From Octopus sinensis (taxonomy: Eukaryota), in NCBI RefSeq assembly GCF_006345805.1, contig NC_042999.1, positions 105,524,001 to 105,588,000 on the forward strand: 64,000 nt of DNA. Direction: 5' to 3'. The notes beneath the pieces were generated by a model. That model was given only the letters and a program-made list of their open reading frames with translations. It did not search any database and was not told the DNA's origin. Both the position numbers and the translations under genes were made by a program. Positions 13,656 to 25,510 of the stretch are shown here, one piece after another. Every line of letters begins with the position of its first letter. Position 1 is the first letter of the stretch.

Positions 13656-14381
13656 TCATTTAAAATATTTTAAAGTCTTCAATTTAGCGTGGACACAAAC
13701 TTGACCTAGTTCGATATGATTATTCAATAAGTTTCTATGTTTTCTATGCTTTAGAATTTCATACGTCTCCATGGAGCATAGTTGGCAACCAACCCTACTA
13801 TTTTTATACGGAATTGCTCTCCTAACTATTTCCCAATTAAGGTTATAATTTTTATTATTATTTTTGAGTCCCCAGATTTTGTTTGAAAGTGTGGTGGTAC
13901 CAGCTTTATGACGTAAGTTAAAAGACGAGATGTGATTTCTAACTCTGGCTAGAAAATTAATTGTACATCCAACGTAAAGATATTTGTTATTCTCCGTGGA
14001 TATGGTACATTTATAGATTACATTATTTTCCCCACATAGACCAGGTGCCGGGCATTTTGATTTTATTCTACACTTACACACAGGAGGAGCAACTTCAGGC
14101 TTTGGATTATTCTTGGGTAGATGTCTTAGGTTCCTATTATTTTGATTATCATTTCTATAGTTGGTGCTGATATCTAAAGTATTGCTATTATTTATTGATC
14201 CTTCAGCTTTATCATTTAGGTTTAAAGTCCTACCATGATTTCTTATATTATTGGTAATGTTACTATTATTGTTAGTCTTTTTTTCTGACTGCATATTGCT
14301 GTTATAAATATCACTGATATTTTCATTCTCCTTATTTTCTCCATTAGATTTTCCTAATGTATTTTCTTTTGATTTTAACAT
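13656..14381 (-). CDS. GIY-YIG endonuclease of PLE type (241 aa, Asn-rich N-terminus, Cys/His motifs), without RT
   Basis: CKCRIKSKCPAPGLC linker, VIY...YVGCT (GIY-YIG), R..NH..SF, TLS..IW.LK, CQLC..E..EI, LLN...E...C.H. Uninterrupted frame with a true ATG at 14381. The first 12-13 codons come from the inverted arm. Confidence 0.88.
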   Translation of the reverse strand: MLKSKENTLGKSNGENKENENISDIYNSNMQSEKKTNNNSNITNNIRNHGRTLNLNDKAEGSINNSNTLDISTNYRNDNQNNRNLRHLPKNNPKPEVAPPVCKCRIKSKCPAPGLCGENNVIYKCTISTENNKYLYVGCTINFLARVRNHISSFNLRHKAGTTTLSNKIWGLKNNNKNYNLNWEIVRRAIPYKNSRVGCQLCSMETYEILKHRKHRNLLNNHIELGQVCVHAKLKTLKYFK

Positions 14382-15405
14382 CTGACCCCTAAACCCCTGA
14401 CTGTGTTATCTCTTTAGATTCTCTTTAAATTCATAGCTGATTTCAACAGCAATAAATTAACTGTTTTACTGGCCAAAGAATAATATTCTCCTCTAGTTCC
14501 TAGATGCCTGTAAATTAAAACCAGACTTGCCGTCTACTAATTCTTCTGGATAACTAGAACCCTCTTTTTTATTTTTATTTTTTTCCCTTCTTTCCCTATT
14601 TCTTTCTCTTTTCTCTTTTTTCTGTTTCTTCTTCTTATTCTCTTTTTCCTTTTCTCTTCTCTTTTAGTCCCCTTCCCCCCCCCCTTTTTTGCTCCCTCCT
14701 CCCTTATTTTCTCTCTTTTCTTCTATTCCCTTCCCTTTCTATTCTTGGCCTCTCCAGAAGGCCCTTCAGCCTTTATAAGTTAAATAGCTACAGCCTCTTG
14801 TAAATAGCAGTAATGTGATTAATGTGGCAAATACCTAATCATATAACAAGAATTGATACCTACCTCATTGTGTTCAACTATTGATAAATTTATCGCCTGT
14901 GAATATGAAATTCCTCTTCATTTCTCTGGAAACTTACATCTACACCATTGGAAATTGTGCATCTATACAAAGGATTAATTCACCCTCTCTGTAATGCTAA
15001 TAAGCAGGAATTGAGACCCACCTCGTTGTGTTTAACAATGGATAAATTTGTCTTCTGTGAGTATGTAATCCCTCATCATATCTCTGGAAATTCATATGTG
15101 CTCTATGGATTAGGTCACCTTCTCTGTGATGCTATTAGAACTTTTTTAAAATTCTGTGATAAGACTGTACATCATCTTTAAAGAACTTTAATGAACTTTG
15201 GAAATCTGTTTATGTTACTTAATTATCTACATTACTTCATGAGTATAGCCTCAACCACTAGGATGTCTAGAGAACTCACATGTATTTTAGCTGATGAGTA
15301 CGGGACACGTTTATATGCTGTAATTTTTACAACTTTTAATAAAGCCTGTCCTTGTATGAAACGATTGTACTAAAAACCTATCCATTCTTGTTGCTTCTTT
15401 CTCGC
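14344..15405. repeat. Right arm of 1.06-kb inverted repeat
   Basis: Reverse complement of 12075-13135; ends directly at (TA)n starting at 15407. Confidence 0.97.
15285..15375 (+). ncRNA. Type I hammerhead ribozyme with extended stem II (right arm)
   Basis: TTTTAG-CTGATGA(15291-15297)-GTACGGGACA...TGTCCTTGTAT-GAAAC-GATT-GTA-CTAAAA. Predicted cleavage after GUA at 15369. Confidence 0.8.
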
Positions 15406-15465
<60 letters not shown>

Positions 15466-15661
15466 TATATATACAAATACATATACAAATACATATACAT
15501 AAATACATATATACATTCATACTTACTAATGTACAACAACGTCGAAAAACCGAATAATCAAATGCCATTCATATTCTCAGTATGGTTTTACTGATACAAT
15601 ACAATGAGAAAATTACTTTATACCAAATCCTCTTTCATTTAAACAATGAAACGTTCGCGTA

Positions 15662-16731
15662 AAGCAGTGTTTAGGTATGAGCAGAATTTAGGATAGTTGA
15701 AATATATTTGTGACATATTTCAACAACTAAAAGGCAAATACACTGCAGTTATCTTGGAGAATAAATCTTTCCTACGGTAAAAATGTGTGAAAAAACCGGT
15801 TCGTTCAGTGTCGCTATCTATTAGGAATCTCAGACATCGATGTTTCAAGGTATTTTGGCTCTCGTCAATGAGATGTAACAAAGAGATGTACCAAAGTGGG
15901 GCAACTCTGAAAGAATTTATAAAGCTGTGGATTTATGCAATAATCCAGTCAATACATTCACTGATTTGCGCTAGTAGATGGCCCGATCGAGGTAAACAAC
16001 GAACCGTTATCACGAAGCAGTATTTAGGTATGAGCAGAATTTAGACTAGTTGAAATATGTTTGTGACATCTCAACTGCTAAAAGGTAAATACACTGCAAT
16101 TACCGTAGAGAATAAGTCTCTCTTACTGTAAAAAGTTATGAAAACACCGGTTCGTTCAATGTCGCCATTTATTAGGAATCTCAGACATCGAGGTTTCGAG
16201 ATAATTAGGTTCTCATCAATGAGATGTACCTAAGAGATTCTTAACATATTGCGATACTGAAAGAACCGGTGTTTTCACACCTTTCTTCAAAAGAGGGATT
16301 TATTCTCTACGGTAATGGCAGTGTATTTTCATTATAGTAGTTGAAATGTCACAAATATATTTCACCTAGCCACAATTCTGCTTATACCTATACTTTACTT
16401 CGTGCTAACAATTCGTTGCTTACCTCGATCGGGCGATCTACTAGCGCAAATCAGTGATGGCATTGACTGGATTATACACAAAGCTTTATACATAAAGTTT
16501 TAAAAGTTCGCTCAGAGTTGCCTCTCTTAAGTACATCTCATTGACGAGATCCAAAATAGTTCGAAACATCGATGTCTAAGATTCCTAATAGATAGTGACA
16601 CTGAACGAATCGGTGTTTTCACAATGTTTTAACAATAAGAGAGATTTGTTCTTCACGGTAACTGCAGTATATTTGTCTTTAAGAAGTTGAAATATGTCAC
16701 AAATATATTTCAAATAGTTTAAATTCTCCTC
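15662..16731. repeat. Old fold-back structure: about 353-bp units in tandem, then inverted
   Basis: aagcagt.tttaggtatgagcagaattt at 15662 and 16015. 16234-16731 is a diverged reverse complement of about 15679-16181 (e.g. ctgatttgcgctagtagat.gcccgatcgaggtaa vs ttacctcgatcgggcgatctactagcgcaaatcag). Confidence 0.85.
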
Positions 16732-17559
16732 TTTTATTTGTTTCATTGAGCTTAGTCGAATTCTTATGCTGATTTCGTAATTCGAAATTATATGTAATTA
16801 ACTCACATGTATACACACAGAGTAATTATAATTCATTACCAGTAACAGCTGCCATCTCTAAAACACCATGGGTTCTACTAAACATTTCTTAATTAAATAA
16901 ATATATTTCCAATTTATCAAATATGACTCCTTTAAAACCCACACTGGGTAGCATTAAATGTCTCCAGCTGTGAGAAAACATGTGTAAAGGACTGTGGCGT
17001 ATCTATTAGTGCAACGGTCAGATATGAGATAATATTTGCTTTTCATCCACAAAGGGAATAAGTACCTACCCGAATTCTATTCTAGCTATTACTGAGATTC
17101 TTTCTCAAAGCACTATTCCCTTGAAAAGGCTACTGCATATTTCTTTCATTTCGCTTTACATTTATATTAATCTCCTGCAAGTTATCTTGTTAACGATATC
17201 ACTATTCCACCAGTCAGTATTATGTACAAAAGAGCGGAAATTATAAGAATATCACTGAAATCCTCAACCCATCGTAATAACCCTTCTATCAAATTACATT
17301 CAAGCGCCAACTTTTATATCTTACTAAATGAGTCAAATATTTTCAGTCTTCTGCACTATATCTCGATCTATGGAAACACTCCACAAGTTTTTTTTTATTA
17401 ATTTGTAGACGGTTATCTTTTCATTTTCATATACAACATTACTTAGATACTTAGAGGTTTCTAACGAAAGTAATGAAAGAGGTTGGCATAGCTGTCTTAT
17501 TTACTGGCGGACGAGTAACAATTCCTTTTAATTAACACTTATATTATCGTTTATTGATG

Positions 17560-18400
17560 TTAAAAAACGGAGGCAACGTACTGTAATTGAGTTCTTGATG
17601 AAGGGTTCTCTTAGCTGACGGCCATCTACACATGGTTACAAATTGTTTACGGTGATGCACACATTGTCAAGAGCAGTGTGCTCCGATGGACAGTGAAGAT
17701 GAAAGGAATGGATCGGAGAATTGAAAACAATGAAAATCCGCATTTGATAGCAATTACCTTTGACCATAGAAAGAAATTAACATAAATTCAATGAACTGTT
17801 ATGCGTGAACGTATGGTCACAGTCCATGAACTTATTGCACATCTGGGAGGAAGAGAGAATGCATTACAGATGGCAGAACAAATTTGATATAGCAAAGTGT
17901 TTGTGAAGTTGCTACCTCTGAGAAAAAGATGAAAATATTCTCTAATGTGCTGAATGTTTTCCAAGCAACTGAAGATATTTTGTCATCTCATGACAGATGA
18001 TAAAAAATCGTCTTATATACATGATACAGGAACGAAGGCGCAATCCACGACGCCCTACCTCATTTCGTTTCCAAGGTCTAAAAAGGATACAATGCCATTT
18101 ATTGACGAAGGAGTTAATAGTAAATAAATTGATTGAGAACAAGGGTGTATTCCTCTTTTCTTTTGTGGATAATATGGGTAAGGTGTGCACTTGGTTGCAC
18201 ATTGTGACCTTTTAATTTTTACAGAAGACATTAGAGTAAAGAAACCGAAAGAGACCTCGAAAACGATCCACATCCACCATAACAATGCGAGCCTATTCAT
18301 ATCTTTGGTAAAAGAACAAGCATTCTGCAAACTGGACTTATACTTTCACATTTAACGTACTGCTTGGATGTGACTCCTTTCTAATTCAATGGATGGGCAA
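17560..18400 (+). pseudogene. Highly decayed mariner-family transposase
   Basis: Broken-frame motifs RQRTVIEFL...LQIVYGD (HTH), LMTDDK..IHDTGTKAQS (cf. TGDETW), NKGVFL, HHNNA (cf. HDNA) and HLTYCLDVTP (cf. HPPYSPDLAP), in the expected order. Confidence 0.65.
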
Positions 18401-18927
18401 TCTTAGGAGACAAATATTTTATGACGCACTCATTTTAAAATTGGAGTTTTGAAAGAAGGTCCGAGAGTTGAGTACAGGTATGACTCAGAAATACAATTTA
18501 GTCGTATCTTCAAATACAGGAAGAGACACTCTCTTAATATGCTCAGTTTAAACTATTTGTGCCAGTGATGGAAAATCTTAAGCATTACATTATGTTTAAT
18601 CCTCGTATATGCAGCTGATCTCTCATCTCATTGAATTTTATTTTTCTTCTCTATTCTTAGCGTGGGGATTGTTTTGCTGTTCTGGGAATAAAACATACTG
18701 TATCTTATAATTTACATACTAGTAACTTCTCACAGTTCATTAATATAATGAAGATAATATTAAGTTATTTCATTCTGTACAGAGCTATCTCTATAAAGGA
18801 AGGCTTCCAATTGATAATGTAATCAGAGCTAAATTATCTCGGGATATTATATGAAATAGTCATACATATGTAAGGAAGATGAGAAAATTCAGTCACGTAT
18901 AAGAAAACCTTAAACTTTGAGATCATA

Positions 18928-19808
18928 GTTCTTCACTCGTTTATTACTGTTGTTATTTAAATAAAAAAATAATTAACCCATGTCCATTGTCCGGAGATTT
19001 TTCGTCACACATCTGTAACCTCTTCAGCGACACTTTTCGTTTTCGCGTGTGCTTTTGTTCCACTTACTCCATTCTGTTATTCTAAGGTGTGTAACCTTAT
19101 GTGTGCATGAGTTTCCGTCCGTGTATTTGTGTGTGTGTGTGTGTGTGTGTGTGTTTGTGCATGTTTGTGTATGTGTCTGTGTGTGTATGCTTGTGTGCGT
19201 GTCACTATCCTTAGCAGCAGTATGGCCTTCCTCTCAGCCCCATCCCCTCACCCATTTTGCTGCTGCTGTCCTAAGACCCGAAAATGTGGTACAGTTCCTG
19301 TATCTTTCAGTGTTTGTGTGTTCGCCCACAGTGTTTTCATCAAGGTAGTTGTTGTTGTTATTGCCATCGCTGTTATCGCCGCTGCTGCTGTAGTTGTTAT
19401 TCGTGTTGTTGTGACAACGATGGTACTAATAACTCCAACGATGGCAACACCATGGACGAACATATAAACACAGAAAGATGCAGAAACTCTACCTTGTCTT
19501 AGGACAGCATCAGCATAATAGGGTGAGAAGCTAGGGCTGAGGGGGAGATCACAATGCTGCTAAGAACAGTATCACACACACAGGCATACACATACATACA
19601 CACACATGCACACACAGAAACACGGATGCAAATGCATGTGCACATAAGGATAAATATCTCAGACGAACAGAATGGAGTAATTGGAGCAAGAGCACACACG
19701 AAAACGAAAAGCGTCCCTGATGGGGTCACAGATGTGTGACGAAAGATTTCCGGACAATGGACATGTGTTAAAATAAGAAAATAGAACAGTAATAAACGAG
19801 CGAAGAAC
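18928..19808. mobile_element. MITE-like fold-back element with about 320-bp diverged arms
   Basis: gttcttcactcgtttattactgtt pairs with aacagtaataaacgagcgaagaac; catgtccattgtccgga pairs with tccggacaatggacatg; (GT)n mirrors (CA)n. A degenerate extra end copy lies near 20414-20500. Confidence 0.8.
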
Positions 19809-22800
19809 GAATATATATATCGTGTGTTTACTTGGTAAAAGAAAAGTGACCATCACGAAATACAACAATATCTGTTTCAACACACGATTTCACATTAGGA
19901 ATCTTTCAATACAAATTGATAAATATAATATGAATGTCTTATATAGACCAAATACAATTATCTTAATTTTATCAATTTAGTCTTTACATTCATCGATATA
20001 ATTTCAAAATTTTGAGAGGTGCAATTATATCTTTTTTTTATATAGCAATGAAGAATTTTTGCCTTAAAGCTTCTCTTTAATCTCAACATCTTTTTGTTTA
20101 AAATGAACTGCTTTTCTCACGAGCCAATAAATAATTATTTCAGAATTTAGCTAACGTTAATTGATTTTTAGGCCCCTGGTTTCAGGTTACAAAAAATGGC
20201 ATATATAACGTATTATAAAATGTTTTTATACACCCCCAACACACACACATTAGTATATAACCGAATAATTTTTGTTACAAGGGAAATATAATTCGCCCTG
20301 TGCTGTATGCTTAACATATTTTGATATGCGGAATTGCTTAAAAGTCTTCATAAAAATATTGTGATATTTCGGGACACTCATCTTCTTTTTGCCAAATAAA
20401 CACACGCACCTGATATTCGTTCTTCACTACAGATTATTATCGTTCTTATACTATGTCCTTTGTCTGGAAATGTTTTGTCACACATCTTGTGACCCCTTCT
20501 GCTACTCTTCATCCAGAGTACCCCCTCTTGGCAAAAGATAAACACCATCCCATAATATAGCAATATCTGTTTCATAAAATGGTTTCAATCTAGAAATCTT
20601 ACAACGCAAATGCATAAAACGTAACTTCATTAAAATATTTCACCAGATAATATTAAATATTTGTAGATTTTACATGTTGATATTTGGTTTTATTATAACT
20701 GACAAAATATTTTAAGACATATATTTTTGTAGAATTTATCTGAAGGTTAATTATTGTTATCACTAATTTGTAATTAGTAAAATGAGCCCGTCATAAAAAG
20801 AGAAAATAGTTTTTGTTTTGCTGCAGGTCACAAGGAATTACTGGGAAATTGATTTATTCTACTAAAATCTCCCCCAAATAGCTGCAGTTTAATGAATGGG
20901 ACGAGTAAAAGAAAAGATAATTCACGTAAAAATGGACTGATGTAGAGCTAAACCACAAAATCAATGAAAGTATGACAATATCACACAGAAAATGGCTGTT
21001 CTCTTCTTTCAAGCTCGTTAATCATTATTAGTGATCAGTCTTATTCTTACATACGGATCAGAATATAATGCACGGTTTGGTAAGCAGCTGGTTTCCCAAC
21101 CCGGTTGAACCGTAGACAAATGTCTTCCACGACTCATACATACATACATACGTATCTTTCTATTAAAACTTTGTCAATTGAGGAATCAGAGACATGGTTT
21201 CACTTCAACCCAAAATGTTCTCAGTTACGAATATTAATTCGTGACCATGTAGTCTGACTTGAAGGAGTCTAATGTCGCGTAACTTACCTTATAAATGGTT
21301 TTGATCTTCAAATATTGCAGTCTCGGAATGATTTGCTTTAATGTCACTATAGTTTATTGATATTTTGTTATTGAATTAATTAAATTCTTGTAAAGACGTT
21401 GATGTCTCTTAGATACCGCATAAGCACAAAACAGATTTTGCATTTTATGCTGTTGTGCACACAAATTCAACAACATACTCAACCATACATAACATAGTGA
21501 CGCATACGTGCAAACACACTCACGCACATATATTCTGAAGGGGTTCAAAACAAATAAGTTTGTAAAGGAAATAACTGCTGCTTGAATATATATATGAGCA
21601 ATCATTGAAAAAAGTATCTATTATAAGATCCACTTAAGACGTCCTTTCGTTCCAGAGTGTTAAATACTAGAGAGGATAATTAAATAATCGAAGTACGTTT
21701 GGAGGCTGCAGATGCTGTGAAAAAAAATAATGACGCTAACAATGGCCATGTAGATAGGATGCAAGCCGCAAAATTATGTACGAAAGTAAAATTTGAAGTA
21801 TCAGATAAAATACTAAAATACAAAATAAATTTTTAAAATACGAAACTGTTAATTAATTCTCATGAAGTTTGAAGTAGAGAAGAAGGAGATGAACAAATAA
21901 ATGAAATAATGTAAAAAATGATGAACGGAAAATTTTCAAATGAATTTATAGATGAAGTAGTTCCTTTATTTATTTTAAAAATATTGTGTGGTGTAAATGA
22001 ATAAAAGACATTTGAATGGCAAGCTAAAAGAGAAAATGAAAAAATTCAGAAAATATTCTGCTGTACTTTTCTACTTCAAGATTAAATTGATTCTGATGGA
22101 ACAAAGTGAAGGGTGGAATTAAATCATTGAAAAGTATTGGCGACAAGTGAGTAGGATAAAAATGAATATTCTTCAGTATAAGAGCATATGCCATGGAGTG
22201 TGACTCTATATGAATGGAGTGCATGCGTATGTGTGCAATAAATACGACGGAATGTGCACAGATTGTTAGACAAATAAACACTGAGGGACTCACTCAGTCA
22301 TACACACATATACATATATACACGAACACTCACACTCTCATATTCCCAAATGTGCACGCATGTGTCATATATATAATTACACATACGTTTTGCGTTAAAT
22401 CTGTCTCTTATTTCTTGATAGGATCCTACGAACGGCGCCATAACATATCGTATGTTTTGTGGATTGCAGAACCCATCCTCCTCCAGGTCACCTTACGAGA
22501 CACAGAAATCGAGAAAATGAAAGAAGAAAAGAAATTGAAGTAGAAAGATAGGAAGTGAAAAATAAACAAATAAATATATAAATCTAACTTCCTCTGAATC
22601 AGAATGCTACATTATTTACCAAAGGAAATTTATAAAAGGCGGAGAGTATAGGACGCATATTGTCTCAAGTGCTAGCATCTCTGACAACGAGATGTTGGTG
22701 TATATTTACTAGAATCAAACTTGTGATTTTTCCTCCTTTACGTGAATCCAGTAAACATTTGCATGGATAATGATATGCATGTATATTAATCTTGTCATGG

Positions 22801-22959
22801 ATAAAATCTTTAGATACATAAACCCATCTAGGATTTAATTAAACAAATCATGACACAGTTATAAGATGAGTATTATTGTAGCTCATATTTAATTCGCGTA
22901 GTTAACTCGACCTGACGTGAATGATGAAAGAATAAACAAGCGTACAGATACCGGAAATT

Positions 22960-23345
22960 GTGTACTGACGATGATAAACAACACGAAAAACTGGAAAGAA
23001 ATTACAGAGAATTAATGGATAATTTATTGAGATTTGGGTTGAAAAAATTAAAGGTTACATCCTTGAAGAGAGAAAGTTTAATTAAGGACACGAACGTCAC
23101 GCTCAATAAAGAAAGAAAGATGAAAGAATTACAATAATCACAGTCTTTCGGTTAATTAGGAATCAATTAATTAGATAGTGTTTAACACGTACAAGGCATA
23201 AAAAGGGGTAAGCAGCAAATATCAAAGAAGATTTAGATTAATACGGAAACAAATCTAAATGCAAAAAATGATGTAATAGCTATCAATGCTCCAGCGAGAG
23301 CAATGATAATTAATAATTTATACTGTTCTCAGCTAGTCGTTAAAT
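22960..23345 (+). mobile_element. Very old R4/Dong-like RT fragment
   Basis: Degenerate FGLKK..VTSLKR and RRFRLI...NLNAKNDVIAINAPA resemble the RT thumb region; many stops and frameshifts. Confidence 0.4.
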
Positions 23346-23374
23346 TAATTACGTAGGCTAGACAGAATAAATAA

Positions 23375-23580
23375 AAGAAACGTTTAGATACCGGGCGAAA
23401 TGCTTAGCGGTATTTTGTCTGTATTTACGTTCTGAGTTCAAATTCCGCCGAGGTCGACTTTGACTGCCACCCTTTCGATGTCGATAATTTAAGTACCAGT
23501 TGCGTATTTTTGTCGTTCTAAACGACTGGCTTCCTCCCCCAAAATGTCTAGCTTTGTGCCTAGAGTAGAAAAGAATATAA
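23375..23580 (+). mobile_element. tRNA-derived SINE, family A, diverged copy
   Basis: ccgggcgaaatgcttagcggtattt...gttctgagttcaaattccgccgaggtcgacttt matches the copy at 28490. Confidence 0.85.
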
Positions 23581-23835
23581 ATATCAAACATTAAAATAAT
23601 AACAACTATACAGTTTTGTCTCTAGTAAGCCAAAAGTTAATACAAGATAGAGAACGAAGCCCTGGGCATTGTAAAAATATAATACAAAGCAGAGCAGTAA
23701 TTGTTCAAACAGTAAAATTTAAACAAAAATTTAAGCGTTCATATAATTTATGCTAATCCGTATAAGAGAAAGAAATTGATTCAGGAGGAGAAAACCATGA
23801 GGAATGATATATATATATGAGAAAAACCAAGGGAA

Positions 23836-23866
<31 letters not shown>

Positions 23867-24121
23867 GGAGGCTATATATATATATATATGGAAAAATAGT
23901 CAGGGTAGAAAATGCTAAAATAATTTTATGAAAAACATTTCAGTGCCGGTTTCAGACATTGAGACTGTTTCAACTGTAAGTATGGAAAACAATAACATTT
24001 TGGAAAAATTATAAGAAAACATTTTTTTAAAGAATATTTGCATAGTATTCAAATACAAGGGGCATTTCCTTGTTTCTGTCTGTCTCTGTCTCTCTTGTTT
24101 ACTCTTGTGCGTTCGAGATCG

Positions 24122-24191
<70 letters not shown>

Positions 24192-24944
24192 AACATGCCA
24201 TCAAGAGGTCACGCAAGGCCATATTCATGGAAAGCTTCAAATTGAGAGTAACATTGATAACAGGAGAAGTGTATTTTTGTCTAATAAGCAATATATCGGC
24301 AATCACATTCAAAAGCAAGGTTTCACAACACAAGGCTGAAAAGGCACAAAATAGGGACAAGGATAGTATAAATTACTTAGATGGGACAACCGGTGCATTC
24401 TTTGTGAATCCTCATTGACTATGGAACTGGCTCGAAAATGTCATCTGAGTATTACCTAGCCGTGTATATGTGAAGAATATTATATAACGAAAGTCAAAAC
24501 ATTTTGAGGAAACAAAAAGAACCTAAATTAGTATTAAGTAGAGCTAAGACATATATACTTCGAAACAATACAGACAATACTTAAAATAAAATATAGTCAT
24601 AGCAGATCGGACATAATTTTCTAGAATATAAAACTGAAACTTTGCCTAGTATTGAAAATCAGTTGCACTGGTTATGCTAGTATAAATTTGATATTTAGGG
24701 AAAAAGAGAACGTATATACAGAACAGATGAGGAATAAGCTAGTAATTCACTCGTTTTATAAATCTGGATTTCTAATTATTAGAAAATGTGCGTAACTCAT
24801 TAATTGTTTACATTATTTATATTTGACAGATATTTGTCCCCATCTTTGTTGTTAGTACAACGTTTCGACTGATATACCCCACAGATTTCATTAGGTGCCT
24901 TGGGGAACCTGGGTTCTCATTTGTAAGGTATTTGTCGTTGTTAT

Positions 24945-25015
24945 TATTATTATTCAGGTCACTACTTGGAATCGAACTCGGAATCTTGGGGTTAAGAGCC
25001 CAGGCCCCTGACTGC
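24945..25015 (-). mobile_element. SINE head fragment (tRNA-like B box)
   Basis: Minus strand aagattccgagttcgattccaagtagtgacctg followed by (AAT)n. Confidence 0.5.
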
Positions 25016-25049
25016 TTATGGATGAAATTGTATGAGCCATGCATCTGTT

Positions 25050-25510
25050 TTTCACTCACCTGACAAAACAGGTTCTTCAAGAAGCACATGACGATCTCCT
25101 GTTTCTACTTCATCGGCGTCATCTAAATTTACTGCGTTCCCTGTGGGAAGACGGTCAACAAAATGTTCTTGTTGGAGGTTCTGAATGAGTCCAGGAAACT
25201 ATCCCATTGCAAAAGCCACGGCTTTTCTATTCAGGTCCGTGGTATCTAGTATCTTCAGCGGGACAATGCACTAGTCCAAAATTCCCTCCTGGTAACCGGC
25301 TACGTGACAGAGATGGGTATCACAGCTGTCCCTCGTCCTTCCTAGCATCCAGACCTTGGTTGTTAAACTTCACAGAAATGAAGGAAGTGGTAACGAGTAT
25401 CCTGGATACCTTTATTTTGGTGGACTTCCATGGGGCCTTCACAAGGTGGCTTGAGCACTGCAACAGGTAAATTGAATTCAGAGAATACTACTTTGACGGA
25501 GGTTAGTATT
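25050..25510 (+). pseudogene. Decayed mariner transposase, C-terminal half
   Basis: VPCGKTVNKMFLLEVL, QRDNA, VTEMGITAVPRPS*HPDL and MKEVVTSILDTF..DFHGAFTRWLEHCNR*IE..EYYFDG. Confidence 0.75.

Larger units (their letters stand above)
11954..15406 (-). mobile_element. Penelope-like element (PLE) with long inverted terminal arms, GIY-YIG ORF and no RT, inserted in (TA)n
   Basis: Inverted repeat 12075-13135 vs 14344-15405; PLE-type GIY-YIG ORF between the arms; HHR motif in each arm; (TA)n immediately outside both ends. Confidence 0.88.

Noticed and set aside
11954-15406. Element read as a TIR DNA transposon or a homing-endonuclease intron
   Set aside because: The ORF is a PLE-type GIY-YIG rather than a DDE transposase, the left arm is not terminal (about 120 extra bp at 11954-12074), the arms carry HHRs, and no group I intron or host gene is evident.
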